Of a DNA stretch of 64,000 bases, positions 23,509-36,753 are shown piece by piece (within the stretch, counting starts at the first letter, position 1; each line of letters begins with the position of its first letter). Both the position numbers and the translations under genes were made by a program. The notes under the pieces are model-generated. The model ran no database searches. It saw only the letters and a program-made list of their open reading frames with translations, and was not told the DNA's origin. The DNA comes from the human T2T-CHM13v2.0 reference genome, Homo sapiens. Location of the stretch: the NCBI RefSeq assembly GCF_009914755.1, contig NC_060944.1, one strand, 5' to 3'.

Positions 23509-25201
23509 TTCGTTGGAAACGGGATTACAAATAAAAAGGAGACAGCAGCATTCTCAGAAACTCTTTGTGATGTCTGCATTCAAGTCACAGAGTTGAGCAT
23601 TCCCTTTCATAGAGCAGGTTTGAAACACTCTTTTTGTAGTATCTGGATGAGTACATTTGGAGCGCTTTCAGGCGTATGGTGAAAAAGGAAATATCTTCAC
23701 GTAAAAACTAGACAGAAGCATTCTCAGAAATTTATTTGTGATGTGTGCCCTCAACTAACAGAGTTGAACCTTTCTTTTGGAAGAGCAGTTTTGAAACACT
23801 CTTTTTGTAAAATCTGCAAGAGGATATTTGGATAGCTTTGAGGATTTCGTTCCAAACGGGAATGGCTTCATATAAACTCTAGACAGAAGCATTCTCAGAA
23901 ACTTCGTTGGGATGTTTCGATTGAAGTCCCAGTGTTGAACATTCCCTTTTATAGAGCAGGTTGGAAACACTCTTTTCGCATTCCCTGGAAGTGGACATTT
24001 GGAGCGCTTTCAGGACGACGGTGAAAATGGAAATATCTTCCAATAAAATCTAGATAGAAGCAATGTCAGAAACTTTTATGTGATGGATCTACTCAGCTAA
24101 CAGAGTTGAACCTTTCTTTTGAGAGAGCAGTTTTGCAACACTCTTTTTGTGGAATATGCAAGTGGATATTAGGGCAGCTTTGAGGATTTCGTTGGAAACG
24201 GGAATACATGTAAAAAGCAGACAGCAGCATTCTCAGAAACTTCTTTGTGATGTTTGCATTGAAGTCACAGAGTTGAACATTCCCTTTGAGAGAGCAGGTT
24301 TGAAACACGCCTTTTGTCATATCTGGAAGTGTCCATTCGGAGCGCATTCAGGCTTGTGTTGAAAAAGGAAATATCCCCCAAAAACTAGACAGAAGCATTC
24401 TCAGAAACTTATTTGTGATGTATGTACTCAACTGACAGAACTAAACCATCGTTTTGAAGGACCAGTTTTGAAACACTCTTTTTGCGGAATCTGCAAGTGG
24501 ATATTTGGCTAACTTGGAGGATTTCGTGGGAAACGGGATTACATACAAAAAGCAGACAGCAGCATTCTCAGAAACTTCTTTGTGATGTTTGCATTCAAGT
24601 CGCAGAGTTGAACATTCCCTTTCATAGAGCAGGTTTGAAACACTCTTTTTGTAGTACCTGGATGTGGACATTTGGATCGCTTTCAGGCCTATGGTGAAAA
24701 AGGAAATATCTTCCCATGAAAACTAGACAGAAGCATTCTCAGAAACTTATTTGTGATGTGTGCCCTCAACTGACAGTGTTGAACCTTTGTTTTGATAGAG
24801 CAGTTCTGAAACACACTTTTTGTAAAATCTGCAAGAGGATATTTGGATAGCTTGGAGGATTTCGTTGGAAACGGGAATGTCTTCATGTAAACTCTAGACA
24901 GAAGCATTCTCAGAAACTTCTTTGGGATGTTGCATTCAAGTCACAGAGTAGAACATTCCCATTCATAGAGCAGATTTGAAACACTCTTTCTGTTGTATCT
25001 GGAAGTGGACATTTGGAGCGCTTTCAGGCCTATGTTGAAAAAGGAAATATCTTCCCATAAAAACTAGACGGAAACATTCTCAGAAACTTACTTGTGATGT
25101 GTTTGCTCAACTAACAGAATTGAAGCATCGTTTTGAAGGAGTAGTTTTAAAACACTGTTTTCGTGGAATCTGCAAGTGGATATTTGGCTAGCTTTGAGGA
25201 T
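23509..25201 (+). repeat. 10-mer deletion variant HOR (1693 bp), copy 1
   Basis: Boxes a-e, then a jump to the monomer that normally follows box h (junction 24888-24918). Confidence 0.9.
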
Positions 25202-27596
25202 TTCGTTAGAAACGGGATTACATATAAAAAGGAGACAGCAGCATTCTCAGAAACTTCTTTGTGATGTCTGCATTCAAGTCACAGAGTTGAGCATTCCCTT
25301 TCATAGAGCAGGTTTGAAACACTCTTTTTGTAGTATGTGGATGAGGACATTTGGAGCGCTTTCAGGCGTATGGTGAAAAAGGAAATATCTTCACGTAAAA
25401 ACTAGACAGAAGCATTCTCAGAAATTTATTTGTGATGTGTGCCCTCAACTAACAGAGTTGAACCTTTCTTTTGAGAGAGCAGTTTTGAAACACTCTTTTT
25501 GTAAAATCTGCAAGAGGATATTTGGATAGCTTTGAGGATTTCGTTGCAAACGGGAATGGCTTCATATAAACTCTAGACAGAAGCATTCTCAGAAACTTCG
25601 TTGGGATGTTTCGATTGAAGTCCCAGTGTTGAACATTCCCTTTTATAGAGCAGGTTGGAAACACTCTTTTTGCATTCCCTGGAAGTGGACATTTGGAGCG
25701 CTTTCAGGACCACGGTGAAAATGGAAATATCTTCCAATAAAATCTAGATAGAAGCAATGTCAGAAACTTTTATGTGATGGATCTACTCAGCTAACAGAGT
25801 TGAAGCTTTCTTTTGAGAGAGCAGTTTTGCAACACTCTTTTTGTGGAATATGCAAGTGGATATTAGGGCAGCTTTGAGGATTTCGTTGGAAACGGGAATA
25901 CATGTAAAAAGCAGACAGCAGCATTCTCAGAAACTTCTTTGTGATGTTTGCATTGAAGTCACAGAGTTGAACATTCCCTTTGAGAGAGCAGGTTTGAAAC
26001 ACGCCTTTTGTCATATCTGGAAGTGTCCATTCGGAGCGCATTCAGGCTTGTGTTGAAAAAGGAAATATCCTCCCATAAAAACTAGACAGAAGCATTCTCA
26101 GAAACTTATTTGTGATGTATGTACTCAACTAACAGAACTAAACCATCGTTTAGAAGGAGCAGTTTTGAAACACTCTTTTTGCGGAATCTGCAAGTGGATA
26201 TTTGGCTAACTTGGAGGATTTCGTTGGAAACGGGATTACATACAAAAAGCAGACAGCAGCATTCTCAGAAACTTCTTTGTGATGTTTGCATTCAAGTCGC
26301 AGAGTTGAACATTCCCTTTCATAGAGCAGGTTTGAAACACTCTTTTTGTAGTATCTGGATGTGGACATTTGGATCGCTTTCAGGCCTATGGTGAAAAAGG
26401 AAATATCCTCCCATGAAAACTAGACAGAAGCATTCTCAGAAACTTATTTGTGATGTGTGCCCTCAACTGACAGTGTTGAACCTTTGTTTTGATAGAGCAG
26501 TTCTGAAACACACTTTTTGTAAAATCTGCAAGAGGATATTTGGATAGCTTTGAGGATTTCGTTGGAAACGGGAATGTCTTCATGTAAACTCTAGACAGAA
26601 GCATTCTCAGAAACTGCTTTGGGATGCTTCAATTGAAGTCCCAGTGTTGAACATTCCCTTTCATAGAGCAGGTTTGAAACACTCTTTTTGTAGTATCTGG
26701 AAGTGGACATTTGGAGCGCTTTCAGGTCTACGGTGAAAAAGGAGATATCTTCCAATAAAAACTAGATAGAAGCAATGTCAGAACTTTTTTCATGATGTAT
26801 CTACTCAGCAAACAGAGTTGAACCTTTCTTTTCAGAGAGCACTTTTGAAACACTCTTTTTGTGGAATATGCAAGTGGGTATTAGGCCAGCTTGGAGGATT
26901 TCGTTGGAAACGGGAATACGTATAAAAAGCAGACAGCAACATTGTCACAAACTACTTTGTGATGTTTGCATTCAAGTCACAGAATTGAACACTCCCTTTC
27001 ACAGAGCAGGTTTGAAACAATCTTTTTGTACTGTCTGTAAGTGAACATTTGGATTGCTTTCAGGCCTAAGGTGAAAAAGGAAATATCTTCCCATAAAAAC
27101 TAGACAGAAGCATTCTCAGAAACTTGTTTGTGATGTGTGCCCTCTACTGACAGAGTTGAACCTTTCTTTACAAAGAGGAGTTTTGAAACACTCTTTTTGT
27201 AGAATCTGCAAGAGGATATTTGGATAGCTTTGAGGATTTCTTGGGAAACGGGAATGTCTTCAGATAAACTCTAGACAGAAGCATTCTCAGAAACTTCTTT
27301 GGGATGTTTCAATTGAAGTCACAGTGTTGAACATTCCCTTTCACAGAGCAGGTTTGAAACACTCTTTTTGTAGTGTCTATAAGTGAACATTTGGCGTGCT
27401 TTCAGGCCTAACGTGAAAAAGGAAATATCTTCCCATAAAAACTAGACAGAAGCATTCTCAGAAACTTGTTTGTGATGTGTGCCCTCTACTGACAGAGTTG
27501 AACCTTTCTTTGCAAAGAGCAGCTTTGAAACACTCTTTTTGTAGAGTCTGCAAGAGGATATTTGGATAGCTTTGAGGATTTCGTTGGAAACGGGTA
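25202..27596 (+). other. CENP-B box sites of one canonical 16-mer (7 with intact core, 1 broken)
   Basis: Sites at about 25202, 25540, 25882, 26220, 26558, 26900, 27238, 27580. Site g reads TTCTTGGGAAACGGGA (TTCG lost) in every copy I read. Site b (TTCGTTGCAAACGGGA) keeps the core. Confidence 0.9.
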
Positions 27597-30500
27597 TGTC
27601 TTCAGATAAACTCTAGACAGAAGCATTCTCAGAAACTTCTTTGGGATGTTGCATTCAAGTCACAGAGTAGAACATTCCCATTCATAGAGCAGATTTCAAA
27701 CACTCTTTTTGTAGTATCTGGAAGTGGACATTTGGAGCGCTTTCAGGCCTATGTTGAAAAAGGAAATATCTTCCCATAAAAACTAGACGGAAGCATTTTC
27801 AGAAACTTACTTCTGATGTGTTTGCTCAACTAACAGAATTGAACCATCGTTTTGAAGGAGCAGTTTTGAAACACTGTTTTCGTGGAATCTGCAAGTGGAT
27901 ATTTGGCTAGCTTTGAGGATTTCGTTGGAAACGGGATTACATATAAAAAGGAGACAGCAGCATTCTCAGAAACTTCTTTGTGATGTCTGCATTCAACTCA
28001 CAGAGTTGAGCATTCCCTTTCATAGAGCAGGTTTGAAACACTCTTTTTGTAGTATCTGGATGAGGACATTTGGAGCGCTTTCAGGCGTATGGTGAAAAAG
28101 GAAATATCTTCCCGTAAAAACTAGACAGAAGCATTCTCAGAAATTTATTTGTGATGTGTGCCCTCAACTAACAGAGTTGAACCTTTCTTTTGATAGAGCA
28201 GTTTTGAAACACTCTTTTTGTAAAATCTGCAAGAGGATATTTGGATAGCTTTGAGGATTTCGTTGCAAACGGGAATGGCTTCATATAAACTCTAGACAGA
28301 AGCATTCTCAGAAACTTCGTTGGGATGTTTCGATTGAAGTCCCAGTGTTGAACATTCCCTTTTATAGAGCAGGTTGGAAACACTCTTTTTGCATTCCCTG
28401 GAAGTGGACATTTGGAGCGCCTTCAGGACCACGGTGAAAATGGAAACATCTTCCAATAAAATCTAGATAGATGCAATGTCAGAAACTTTTATGTGATGGA
28501 TCTACTCAGCTAACAGAGTTGAACCTTTCTTTTGAGAGAGCAGTTTTGCAACACTCTTTTTGTGGAATATGCAAGTGGATATTAGGGCAGCTTTGAGGAT
28601 TTCGTTGGAAACGGGAATACATGTAAAAAGCAGACAGCAGCATTCTCAGAAACTTCTTTGTGATGTTTGCATTGAAGACAGAGTTGAACATTCCCTTTGA
28701 GAGAGCAGGTTTGAAACACGCCTTTTGTCATATCTGGAAGTGTCCATTCGGAGCGCATTCAGGCTTGTGTTGAAAAAGGAAATATCCTCCCATAAAAACT
28801 AGACAGAAGCATTCTCAGAAACTTATTTGTGATGTATGTAGTCAACTAACAGAACTAAACCATCGTTTTGAAGGAGCAGTTTTGAAACACTCTTTTTGCG
28901 GAATCTGCAAGTGGATATTTGGCTAGCTTGGAGGATTTCGTTGGAAACGGGATTACATACAAAAAGCAGACAGCAGCATTCTCAGAAACTTCTTTGTGAT
29001 GTTTGCATTCAAGTCGCAGAGTTGAACATTCCCTTTCATAGAGCAGGTTTGAAACACTCTTTTTGTAGTATCTGAATGTGGACATTTGGATCGCTTTCAG
29101 GCCTATGGTGAAAAAGGAAATATCTTCCCATGAAAACTAGACAGAAGCATTCTCAGAAACTTATTTGTGATGTGTGCCCTCAACTGACAGTGTTGAACCT
29201 TTGTTTTGATAGAGCAGTTCTGAAACACACTTTTTGTAAAATCTACAAGAGGATATTTGGATAGCTTTGAGGATTTCGTTGGAAACGGGAATGTCTTCAT
29301 GTAAACTCTAGACAGAAGCATTCTCAGAAACTGCTTTGGGATGTTTCAATTGAAGTTCCAGTGTTGAACATTCCCTTTCATAGAGCAGGTTTGAAACACT
29401 CTTTTTGTACTATCTGGAAGTGGACATTTGGAGCGCTTTCAGGTCTACGGTGAAAAAGGAGATATCTTCCAATAAAAACTAGATAGAAGCAATGTCAGAA
29501 CTTTTTTCATGATGTATCTACTCAGCAAACAGAGTTGAACCTTTCTTTTGAGAGAGCAGTTTTGAAACACTCTTTTTGTGGAATATGCAAGTGGGTATTA
29601 GGCCAGCTTGGAGGATTTCGTTGGAAACGGGAATACGTATAAAAAGCAGACAGCAGCATTGTCAGAAACTACTTTGTGATGTTTGCATTCAAGTCACAGA
29701 ATTGAACACTCCCTTTCACAGAGCAGGTTTGAAACACTCTTTTTGTAGTGTCTGTAAGTGAACATTTGGATTGCTTTCAGGCCTAAGGTGAAAAAGGAAA
29801 TATCTTCCCATAAAAACTAGACAGAAGCATTCTCAGAAACTTGTTTGTGATGTGTGCCCTCTACTGACAGAGTTGAACCTTTCTTTACAAAGAGCAGTTT
29901 TGAAACACTCTTTTTGTAGAATCTGCAAGAGGATATTTGGATAGCTTTGAGGATTTCTTGGGAAACGGGAATGTCTTCAGATAAACTCTAGACAGAAGCA
30001 TTCTCAGAAACTTCTTTGGGATGTTTCAATTGAAGTCACAGTGTTGAACATTCCCTTTCACAGAGCAGGTTTGAAACACTCTTTTTGTAGTGTCTATAAG
30101 TGAACATTTGGCGTGCTTTCAGGCCTAACGTGAAAAAGGAAATATCTTCCCATAAAAACTAGACAGAAGCATTCTCAGAAACTTGTTTGTGATGTGTGCC
30201 CTCTACTGACAGAGTTGAACCTTTGTTTGCAAAGAGCAGCTTTGAAACACTCTTTTTGTAGAGTCTGCAAGAGGATATTTGGATAGCTTTGAGGATTTCG
30301 TTGGAAACGGGTATGTCTTCAGATAAACTCTAGACAGAAGCATTCTCAGAAACTTCTTTGGGATGTTGCATTCAAGTCACAGAGTAGAACATTCCCATTC
30401 ATAGAGCAGATTTGAAACACTCTTTTTGTAGTATCTGGAAGTGGACATTTGGAGCGCTTTCAGGCCTATGTTGAAAAAGGAAATATCTTCCCATAAAAAC

Positions 30501-33500
30501 TAGACGGAAGCATTTTCAGAAACTTACTTCTGATGTGTTTGCTCAACTAACAGAATTGAACCATCGTTTTGAAGGAGTAGTTTTGAAACACTGTTTTCGT
30601 GGAATCTGCAAGTGGATATTTGGCTAGCTTTGAGGATTTCGTTAGAAACGGGATTACATATAAAAAGGAGACAGCAGCATTCTCAGAAACTTCTTTGTGA
30701 TGTCTGCATTCAAGTCACAGAGTTGAGCATTCCCTTTCATAGAGCAGGTTGGAAACACTCTTTTTGTAGTATCTGGATGAGGACATTTGGAGCGCTTTCA
30801 GGTGTATGGTGAAAAAGGAAATATCTTCACGTAAAAACTAGACAGAAGCATTCTCAGAAATTTATTTGTGATGTGTGCCCTCAACTAACAGAGTTGAACC
30901 TTTCTTTTGAGAGAGCAGTTTTGAAACACTCTTTTTGTAAAATCTGCAAGAGGATATTTGGATAGCTTTGAGGATTTCGTTGCAAACGGGAATGGCTTCA
31001 TATAAACTCTAGACAGAAGCATTCTCAGAAACTTCGTTGGGATGTTTCGATTGAAGTCCCAGTGTTGAACATTCCCTTTTATAGAGCAGGTTGGAAACAC
31101 TCTTTTCGCATTCCCTGGAAGTGGACATTTGGAGCGCTTTCAGGACCACGGTGAAAATGGAAATATCTTCCAATAAAATCTAGATAGAAGCAATGTCAGA
31201 AACTTTTATGTGATGGATCTACTCAGCTAACAGAGTTGAAGCTTTCTTTTGAGAGAGCAGTTTTGCAACACTCTTTTTGTGGAATATGCAAGTGGATATT
31301 AGGGCAGCTTTGAGGATTTCGTTGGAAACGGGAATACATGTAAAAAGCAGACAGCAGCATTCTCAGAAACTTCTTTGTGATGTTTGCATTGAAGTCACAG
31401 AGTTGAACATTCCCTTTGAGAGAGCAGGTTTGAAACACGCCTTTTGTCATATCTGGAAGTGTCCATTCGGAGCGCATTCAGGCTTGTGTTGAAAAAGGAA
31501 ATATCCTCCCATAAAAACTAGACAGAAGCATTCTCAGAAACTTATTTGTGATGTATGTACTCAACTGACAGAACTAAACCATCGTTTAGAAGGAGCAGTT
31601 TTGAAACACTCTTTTTGCGGAATCTGCAAGTGGATATTTGGCTAACTTGGAGGATTTCGTTGGAAACGGGATTACATACAAAAAGCAGACAGCAGCATTC
31701 TCAGAAACTTCTTTGTGATGTTTGCATTCAAGTCGCAGAGTTGAACATTCCCTTTCATAGAGCAGGTTTGAAACACTCTTTTTGTAGTATCTGGATGTGG
31801 ACATTTGGATCGCTTTCAGGCCTATGGTGAAAAAGGAAATATCCTCCCATGAAAACTAGACAGAAGCATTCTCAGAAACTTATTTGTGATGTGTGCCCTC
31901 AACTGACAGTGTTGAACCTTTGTTTTGATAGAGCAGTTCTGAAACACACTTTTTGTAAAATCTGCAAGAGGATATTTGGATAGCTTGGAGGATTTCGTTG
32001 GAAACGGGAATGTCTTCATGTAAACTCTAGACAGAAGCATTCTCAGAAACTGCTTTGGGATGCTTCAATTGAAGTCCCAGTGTTGAACATTCCCTTTCAT
32101 AGAGCAGGTTTGAAACACTCTTTTTGTAGTATCTGGAAGTGGACATTTGGAGCGCTTTCAGGTCTACGGTGAAAAAGGAGATATCTTCCAATAAAAACTA
32201 GATAGAAGCAATGTCAGAACTTTTTTCATGATGTATCTACTCAGCAAAAAGAGTTGAACCTTTCTTTTGAGAGAGCAGTTTTGAAACACTCTTTTTGTGG
32301 AATATGCAAGTGGGTATTAGGCCAGCTTGGAGGATTTCGTTGGAAACGGGAATACGTATAAAAAGCAGACAGCAACATTGTCACAAACTACTTTGTGATG
32401 TTTGCATTCAAGTCACAGAATTGAACACTCCCTTTCACAGAGCAGGTTTGAAACAATCTTTTTGTACTGTCTGTAAGTGAACATTTGGATTGCTTTCAGG
32501 CCTAAGGTGAAAAAGGAAATATCTTCCCATAAAAACTAGACAGAAGCATTCTCAGAAACTTGTTTGTGATGTGTGCCCTCTACTGACAGAGTTGAACCTT
32601 TCTTTACAAAGAGGAGTTTTGAAACACTCTTTTTGTAGAATCTGCAAGAGGATATTTGGATAGCTTTGAGGATTTCTTGGGAAACGGGAATGTCTTCAGA
32701 TAAACTCTAGACAGAAGCATTCTCAGAAACTTCTTTGGGATGTTTCAATTGAAGTCACAGTGTTGAACATTCCCTTTCACAGAGCAGGTTTGAAACACTC
32801 TTTTTGTAGTGTCTATAAGTGAACATTTGGCGTGCTTTCAGGCCTAACGTGAAAAAGGAAATATCTTCCCATAAAAACTAGACAGAAGCATTCTCAGAAA
32901 CTTGTTTGTGATGTGTGCCCTCTACTGACAGAGTTGAACCTTTCTTTGCAAAGAGCAGCTTTGAAACACTCTTTTTGTAGAGTCTGCAAGAGGATATTTG
33001 GATAGCTTTGAGGATTTCGTTGGAAACGGGTATGTCTTCAGATAAACTCTAGACAGAAGCATTCTCAGAAACTTCTTTGGGATGTTGCATTCAAGTCACA
33101 GAGTAGAACATTCCCATTCATAGAGCAGATTTCAAACACTCTTTTTGTAGTATCTGGAAGTGGACATTTGGAGCGCTTTCAGGCCTATGTTGAAAAAGGA
33201 AATATCTTCCCATAAAAACTAGACGGAAGCATTTTCAGAAACTTACTTCTGATGTGTTTGCTCAACTAACAGAATTGAACCATCGTTTTGAAGGAGCAGT
33301 TTTGAAACACTGTTTTCGTGGAATCTGCAAGTGGATATTTGGCTAGCTTTGAGGATTTCGTTGGAAACGGGATTACATATAAAAAGGAGACAGCAGCATT
33401 CTCAGAAACTTCTTTGTGATGTCTGCATTCAACTCACAGAGTTGAGCATTCCCTTTCATAGAGCAGGTTTGAAACACTCCTTTTGTAGTATCTGGATGAG

Positions 33501-36073
33501 GACATTTGGAGCGCTTTCAGGCGTATGGTGAAAAAGGAAATATCTTCCCGTAAAAACTAGACAGAAGCATTCTCAGAAATTTATTTGTGATGTGTGCCCT
33601 CAACTAACAGAGTTGAACCTTTCTTTTGATAGAGCAGTTTTGAAACACTCTTTTTGTAAAATCTGCAAGAGGATATTTGGATAGCTTTGAGGATTTCGTT
33701 GCAAACGGGAATGGCTTCATATAAACTCTAGACAGAAGCATTCTCAGAAACTTCGTTGGGATGTTTCGATTGAAGTCCCAGTGTTGAACATTCCCTTTTA
33801 TAGAGCAGGTTGGAAACACTCTTTTTGCATTCCCTGGAAGTGGACATTTGGAGCGCTTTCAGGACCACGGTGAAAATGGAAACATCTTCCAATAAAATCT
33901 AGATAGATGCAATGTCAGAAACTTTTATGTGATGGATCTACTCAGCTAACAGAGTTGAACCTTTCTTTTGAGAGAGCAGTTTTGCAACACTCTTTTTGTG
34001 GAATATGCAAGTGGATATTAGGGCAGCTTTGAGGATTTCGTTGGAAACGGGAATACATGTAAAAAGCAGACAGCAGCATTCTCAGAAACTTCTTTGTGAT
34101 GTTTGCATTGAAGACAGAGTTGAACATTCCCTTTGAGAGAGCAGGTTTGAAACACGCCTTTTGTCATATCTGGAAGTGTCCATTCGGAGCGCATTCAGGC
34201 TTGTGTTGAAAAAGGAAACATCCTCCCATAAAAACTAGACAGAAGCATTCTCAGAAACTTATTTGTGATGTATGTAGTCAACTAACAGAACTAAACCATC
34301 GTTTTGAAGGAGCAGTTTTGAAACACTCTTTTTGCGGAATCTGCAAGTGGATATTTGGCTAGCTTGGAGGATTTCGTTGGAAACGGGATTACATACAAAA
34401 AGCAGACAGCAGCATTCTCAGAAACTTCTTTGTGATGTTTGCATTCAAGTCGCAGAGTTGAACATTCCCTTTCATAGAGCAGGTTTGAAACACTCTTTTT
34501 GTAGTATCTGAATGTGGACATTTGGATCGCTTTCAGGCCTATGGTGAAAAAGGAAATATCTTCCCATGAAAACTAGACAGAAGCATTCTCAGAAACTTAT
34601 TTGTGATGTGTGCCCTCAACTGACAGTGTTGAACCTTTGTTTTGATAGAGCAGTTCTGAAACACACTTTTTGTAAAATCTACAAGAGGATATTTGGATAG
34701 CTTTGAGGATTTCGTTGGAAACGGGAATGTCTTCATGTAAACTCTAGACAGAAGCATTCTCAGAAACTGCTTTGGGATGTTTCAATTGAAGTTCCAGTGT
34801 TGAACATTCCCTTTCATAGAGCAGGTTTGAAACACTCTTTTTGTACTATCTGGAAGTGGACATTTGGAGCGCTTTCAGGTCTACGGTGAAAAAGGAGATA
34901 TCTTCCAATAAAAACTAGATAGAAGCAATGTCAGAACTTTTTTCATGATGTATCTACTCAGCAAACAGAGTTGAACCTTTCTTTTGAGAGAGCAGTTTTG
35001 AAACACTCTTTTTGTGGAATATGCAAGTGGGTATTAGGCCAGCTTGGAGGATTTCGTTGGAAACGGGAATACGTATAAAAAGCAGACAGCAGCATTGTCA
35101 GAAACTACTTTGTGATGTTTGCATTCAAGTCACAGAATTGAACACTCCCTTTCACAGAGCAGGTTTGAAACACTCTTTTTGTAGTGTCTGTAAGTGAACA
35201 TTTGGATTGCTTTCAGGCCTAAGGTGAAAAAGGAAATATCTTCCCATAAAAACTAGACAGAAGCATTCTCAGAAACTTGTTTGTGATGTGTGCCCTCTAC
35301 TGACAGAGTTGAACCTTTCTTTACAAAGAGCAGTTTTGAAACACTCTTTTTGTAGAATCTGCAAGAGGATATTTGGATAGCTTTGAGGATTTCTTGGGAA
35401 ACGGGAATGTCTTCAGATAAACTCTAGACAGAAGCATTCTCAGAAACTTCTTTGGGATGTTTCAATTGAAGTCACAGTGTTGAACATTCCCTTTCACAGA
35501 GCAGGTTTGAAACACTCTTTTTGTAGTGTCTATAAGTGAACATTTGGCGTGCTTTCAGGCCTAACGTGAAAAAGGAAATATCTTCCCATAAAAACTAGAC
35601 AGAAGCATTCTCAGAAACTTGTTTGTGATGTGTGCCCTCTACTGACAGAGTTGAACCTTTGTTTGCAAAGAGCAGCTTTGAAACACTCTTTTTGTAGAGT
35701 CTGCAAGAGGATATTTGGATAGCTTTGAGGATTTCGTTGGAAACGGGTATGTCTTCAGATAAACTCTAGACAGAAGCATTCTCAGAAACTTCTTTGGGAT
35801 GTTGCATTCAAGTCACAGAGTAGAACATTCCCATTCATAGAGCAGATTTGAAACACTCTTTTTGTAGTATCTGGAAGTGGACATTTGGAGCGCTTTCAGG
35901 CCTATGTTGAAAAAGGAAATATCTTCCCATAAAAACTAGACGGAAGCATTTTCAGAAACTTACTTCTGATGTGTTTGCTCAACTAACAGAATTGAACCAT
36001 CGTTTTGAAGGAGCAGTTTTGAAACACTGTTTTCGTGGAATCTGCAAGTGGATATTTGGCTAGCTTTGAGGAT

Positions 36074-36753
36074 TTCGTTGGAAACGGGATTACATATAAA
36101 AAGGAGACAGCAGCATTCTCAGAAACTTCTTTGTGATGTCTGCATTCAAGTCACAGAGTTGAGCATTCCCTTTCATAGAGCAGGTTGGAAACACTCTTTT
36201 TGTAGTATCTGGATGAGGACATTTGGAGCGCTTTCAGGCGTATGGTGAAAAAGGAAATATCTTCCCGTAAAAACTAGACAGAAGCTTTCTCAGAAATTTA
36301 TTTGTGATGTGTGCCCTCAACTAACAGAGTTGAACCTTTCTTTTGATAGAGCAGTTTTGAAACACTCTTTTTGTAAAATCTGCAAGAGGATATTTGGATA
36401 GCTTTGAGGATTTCGTTGCAAACGGGAATGGCTTCATATAAACTCTAGACAGAAGCATTCTCAGAAACTTCGTTGGGATGTTTCGATTGAAGTCCCAGTG
36501 TTGAACATTCCCTTTTATAGAGCAGGTTGGAAACACTCTTTTTGCATTCCCTGGAAGTGGACACTTGGAGCGCTTTCAGGACCACGGTGAAAATGGAAAT
36601 ATCTTCCAATAAAATCTAGATAGCAGCAATGTCAGAAACTTTTATGTGATGGATCTACTCAGCTAACAGAGTTGAACCTTTCTTTTGAGAGAGCAGTTTT
36701 GCAACACTCTTTTTGTGGAATATGCAAGTGGATATTAGGGCAGCTTTGAGGAT
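36074..36753 (+). repeat. 4-mer truncated HOR (680 bp), copy 1
   Basis: Dimers a,b, then c-type upstream flank fused to a-type downstream flank at 36742-36769. Confidence 0.9.
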
